A stretch of 10,980 bases of DNA from Azolla caroliniana (lineage: Eukaryota > Plantae > Polypodiophyta). Positions 7,980 through 10,980 of this stretch are shown here, one piece after another; within the stretch, counting starts at the first letter, position 1; each line of letters begins with the position of its first letter. The DNA lies in contig JBHGNT010001206.1 of assembly GCA_043228905.1 (NCBI GenBank), positions 1 to 10,980 of the forward strand, written 5' to 3'. A program made the translations under genes and the position numbers. Below the pieces are notes generated by a model. It was not told the origin of the DNA, made no database searches, and was given only the letters and a program-made list of their open reading frames with translations.

Positions 7980-9830
7980 TATTTCTTTCTTTTCAACTGC
8001 TCATAGACTGCCATTGACATACATAACTCCCAAGACAGTACCAAGAACAGTTATACATAGCCACATGCCTCATATCGGTGGAGGAAATACCTAAAGAGGT
8101 GGTGGATACATCCAACGTATACAATAATTAACCATGTAAAATACATTCATCTTTTCCCATCTCTTCTTAAAAACCTCTTTCTTTCAAAAGACTGCATTTG
8201 AATCACCCTTGATAGTGTCATATTCCCCTTTTAGTATATGCACCAAGGTCAACCAAATCTTCTTGACTACATCCACAACATTCCAATGTTGAATTTGCTG
8301 AAATATCCTTCGACATCTACTAGTCCACAAAACCCATAATGTTATGGAACTAATAGTCTCCCAAACCACCTCATTATGTACTGAATTAATAGGCATACAC
8401 GACGACATTTCCTCAACATATCGACCTCTTGTATGTAATGCAAAGGTAACCTTTTCTTGTTCATAATCTTGTACCTCACCCTTAATAGCAATGCAGATCA
8501 TTGCCCTCATTTATATACTCTAGAGCCATATACCTCATGCAATAGATGTAATATCCTTTTCCAAACCAATTTAGCAGTCGTACATGACCAGAATATGTGA
8601 TGAAGAGACTCCATCGCTAATCCACAAAAATCACACATCTTATCCATATCCTTACAATGCATCCAAACCCTAACAGGAACCATCTAAATAGAATAATCTT
8701 CTTTGGAATTTGCATAGCCCATAGCCATTTCCAAAATGTTGTCATATGAGTAGAGTCAACATTATAACTCAACCATGTTGTAGTTGTTGTCGGGCAATGA
8801 GCTATCCTATGTCGTAACATCTCTATCCTAATCCCATTCCAATTCACATAATGGTTTTTTTCCCACTACCCATAGATCCCACCATGGATGAATAACATTA
8901 GGATCAGGGTTTGGATCCAAATCTTATCTCCCTTAGCGAGAATTCTAGTGGGTTTTAATGTAGCCTCAGCGAGACATTCATCTTCTAAGGGGATCAACTG
9001 TAATCATCCATCCTGTAAAACATCATAACTCAAGAAAGTATCCTTATCTCGAAGGCCACAGACTCCAAGTAAAATTTGAAAATAAACCCACCCACTTATG
9101 ACAATTAGAATGTATATTATCCATCAAGGGTAGCTGCAATTTCCTTAACTCATCAACCATCATCTTTCCTTCTCTTATTCCTATATATTCTTGTTGCATA
9201 ATATCAATACGATTTTCACGAAAAAAGCGTCGCACTTACTAAGAGATGAGGCAAAAGATGAATCCACTTGAGCCCAATTTAATCTCACTCTCCACCCCAA
9301 CATAGATCCTTCATCATCTAGAAATAAAGGATTCCAAACCAAGGGTTGATGTAACCGTTCATCCTTCGAAGTGGGCCAAACTTGTTGCAAATTATCTTTT
9401 AGGGACCACCAGGATCGCGTTATCGTAGCAAAGAACCTATCATTCCGAAATACTATCTTATGCGAATGAAAGTTAGGAATAAACCACCATAGAAGAGACC
9501 TTGTCCATTCACCTCCAGTTTTCGGGAAGACCTCTTTCATTCTTAACTGAAGAAGCATCTTCCATAGTTCATTTCCTGGCAGTAAACCTCACACTATAAA
9601 TTTTGCCAATAGTGGCTTACATTGCATTAGAGGATCTACCAAACCTAAACCCCCTTGAGAGGTCGTTGCTATAATAGTTTTCCAAGCTACCTTTGGTCTA
9701 ACATTCTTAAAATTAGTGGAACCCCGTAAGAAATTTCTAATCTACCTCTGTAACTTTGACAACAAAGATCTGGAGAATAATCAAGAGGACAAAATATACC
9801 ACATTGAGGAGAGTAATACTTGATTAACAT
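7980..9830 (-). mobile_element. 5'-truncated, degraded L1-type LINE (post-RT part of ORF2, zf-RVT / CCHC region)
   Basis: From 9828 it reads VNQVLLSSMWY, IRNFLRG, KVAWKTI...QGGLGLVD...LLAKF, then FWKWLWAMQIPKKIILFRW, CDFCGLAMESLHHIFWSC (CX2CX8HX4C, 8582-8635), LWVLWTSRCRRIF and RWMYPPPL*VFPPPI* (stop 8070-8072). There are many stops and frameshifts. An A-rich stretch at about 7979-7995 may be a decayed tail. Confidence 0.9.
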
Positions 9831-10184
9831 AATTAGACTTATTGTAGAGACAAGTGCTTAATTACGTAACTAGCGCTTAAGATTTACTTAGTTGAAGAAC
9901 ACTTGATGGATAGTATTAACGGATAGAGAACATGATTAGAGAAACAAAGTTCAATTCCCATCCCATGGTAAAATAGGGTAGAGGCTCCACCCACACATGC
10001 AAAAACCCAATGCGAATTCACAGGACAAAGGTAGTGATCACTAAATTTTTAGCATAGTAGGATCTTCTGGTAAGTGTTGAATAAGCAAAATATATGAGGC
10101 CATTGGACCTCATCAAATTCTTTTGTGACACCTTTTCATTCGACTAAACAAATCATTGAGACCGTGTTGGTACTGTGTGTGACC

Positions 10185-10864
10185 TGTCAGTGATGAAAAA
10201 TCTAGAGTCTAGTACTATCAAGCTCTCTTGGTGAGGATGGATGGATAGTGGCGATGAAGAGAGGAACGACCATTGTGGTTTTGGAGGTTCTAGGGTGGGT
10301 TTTTGAACGGTGACTTTGTTTCATTGGCCATATCGGTTTGTTGTTGTTGTGACATGTTACCCTGTACGAGATGTACGGAGAGTCAAGTGTGATGAGCGAG
10401 GGTTGAATGTTATCATGATGTTGTGTATGTGTAGGGGGTATAAATGTAGTTGTGAGTCTATACGTATGTGAACACATGCACACGTGTGTGCATGTGGATG
10501 GATACGAGGATGTGTGAGTGAGTGTCCAGTATGAATGCTCAATGGGGCTTACACCCCTATGTATCTACCCCCTCTTGTACTATTTAACCCCTTATGGGGA
10601 ATGAATGAAACATGAATGATCATTTCTCTCTCTCAATCTCTCTCTCTCTTGTTATCTCTCTTTCTCTCTCTCTCCCCCTCAACGTTGAATCCCCTTGGAG
10701 GGGGGTGGTGCCTAGAATGGCTCCACCCCCCACCCCGCAATGCTTCTCAATGCACATGATCTCTCTCGCCGTCAATCCCATACTCTCCATCATCATCATA
10801 ACCACCATGTCTATCTTTATCATGATTATCATCGTCCTTAACCCTAACCGTAAAACCTATAACA
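10185..10864 (+). mobile_element. Probable 5' LTR of another gypsy element (Tat/Ogre-like by PBS); left boundary uncertain (TG candidates at 10165, 10185, 10191)
   Basis: TATA-like motifs (TATAAAT 10439-10445; CTATTTAA 10580-10587), a CT-rich tract, and an end at ...ATAACA (10864) followed by a PBS-like sequence. Confidence 0.5.
10625..10680 (+). repeat. Imperfect (CT)n tract
   Basis: Several tctctctc runs read directly. Confidence 0.9.
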
Positions 10865-10869
10865 CCTTT

Positions 10870-10879
10870 TGGCGACCAC
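10870..10879 (+). other. Putative primer-binding site complementary to the 3' end of a tRNA-Arg
   Basis: TGGCGACCAC lies 5 nt after a CA end and complements ...GTGGTCG-CCA, which I recall as the tRNA-Arg(UCG) 3' end. The match is only 10 nt. Confidence 0.55.
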
Positions 10880-10980
10880 TAAGGCGACCCCCCTTTGGAG
10901 ACGAAGTCGAAGAATGATACGCGGATGTGCAAGCCATAACGAATAAGTGCAAGAAATGGCGAAACGCGAAAATGATGGTG

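Noticed and set aside
9831-10184. Possible host exon with donor-like CTG|GTAAGT near 10070
   Set aside because: There is no supporting ORF or acceptor context, so the region is left unannotated.
10185-10575. Alternative reading as a minus-strand LTR starting TGTAAG at 10553 after a purine-rich tract
   Set aside because: TATA-like motifs, the CT tract and the PBS-like site all favour a longer plus-strand LTR, although this alternative is not fully excluded.
10838-10860. Telomere-like AACCCTAACCGTAAAACCTA
   Set aside because: It is too short and degenerate to call an interstitial telomeric repeat; at most it is a telo-box-like motif.
10202-10917. ORFs 10202-10483, 10357-10542, 10612-10917 and 10620-10832
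   Set aside because: They are low-complexity translations of CA, CT and CAT repeats in LTR-like sequence.

Overview
This is eukaryotic, land-plant-type intergenic DNA with no intact host gene; a fern or other non-seed plant is my inference from the Tcn1-like chromovirus and the PLS-type PPR remnant. It is a stack of decayed retroelements, from left to right: (1) the 3' half of a Ty3/gypsy chromovirus (RT end, RNase H, integrase, chromodomain, PPT, complete 428-bp 3' LTR); (2) a Tnt1/Tork-like Ty1/copia element that the chromovirus is inserted into; (3) an old minus-strand gypsy protease remnant that the copia element interrupts; (4) an old minus-strand integrase remnant; (5) an isolated LTR; (6) a scrambled PLS-class PPR pseudogene; (7) a 5'-truncated L1-type LINE; (8) a probable 5' LTR with a tRNA-Arg PBS. 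I cannot support a new multi-gene system. The strongest leads are in the chromovirus LTR: a ten-unit in-phase heat-shock-element array next to the TATA box, an antisense tRNA-like A-box/B-box module, a hairpin at the expected start site, and a terminal ATG in frame with the downstream copia RT frame. All calls come from manual reading and translation; no searches were run.
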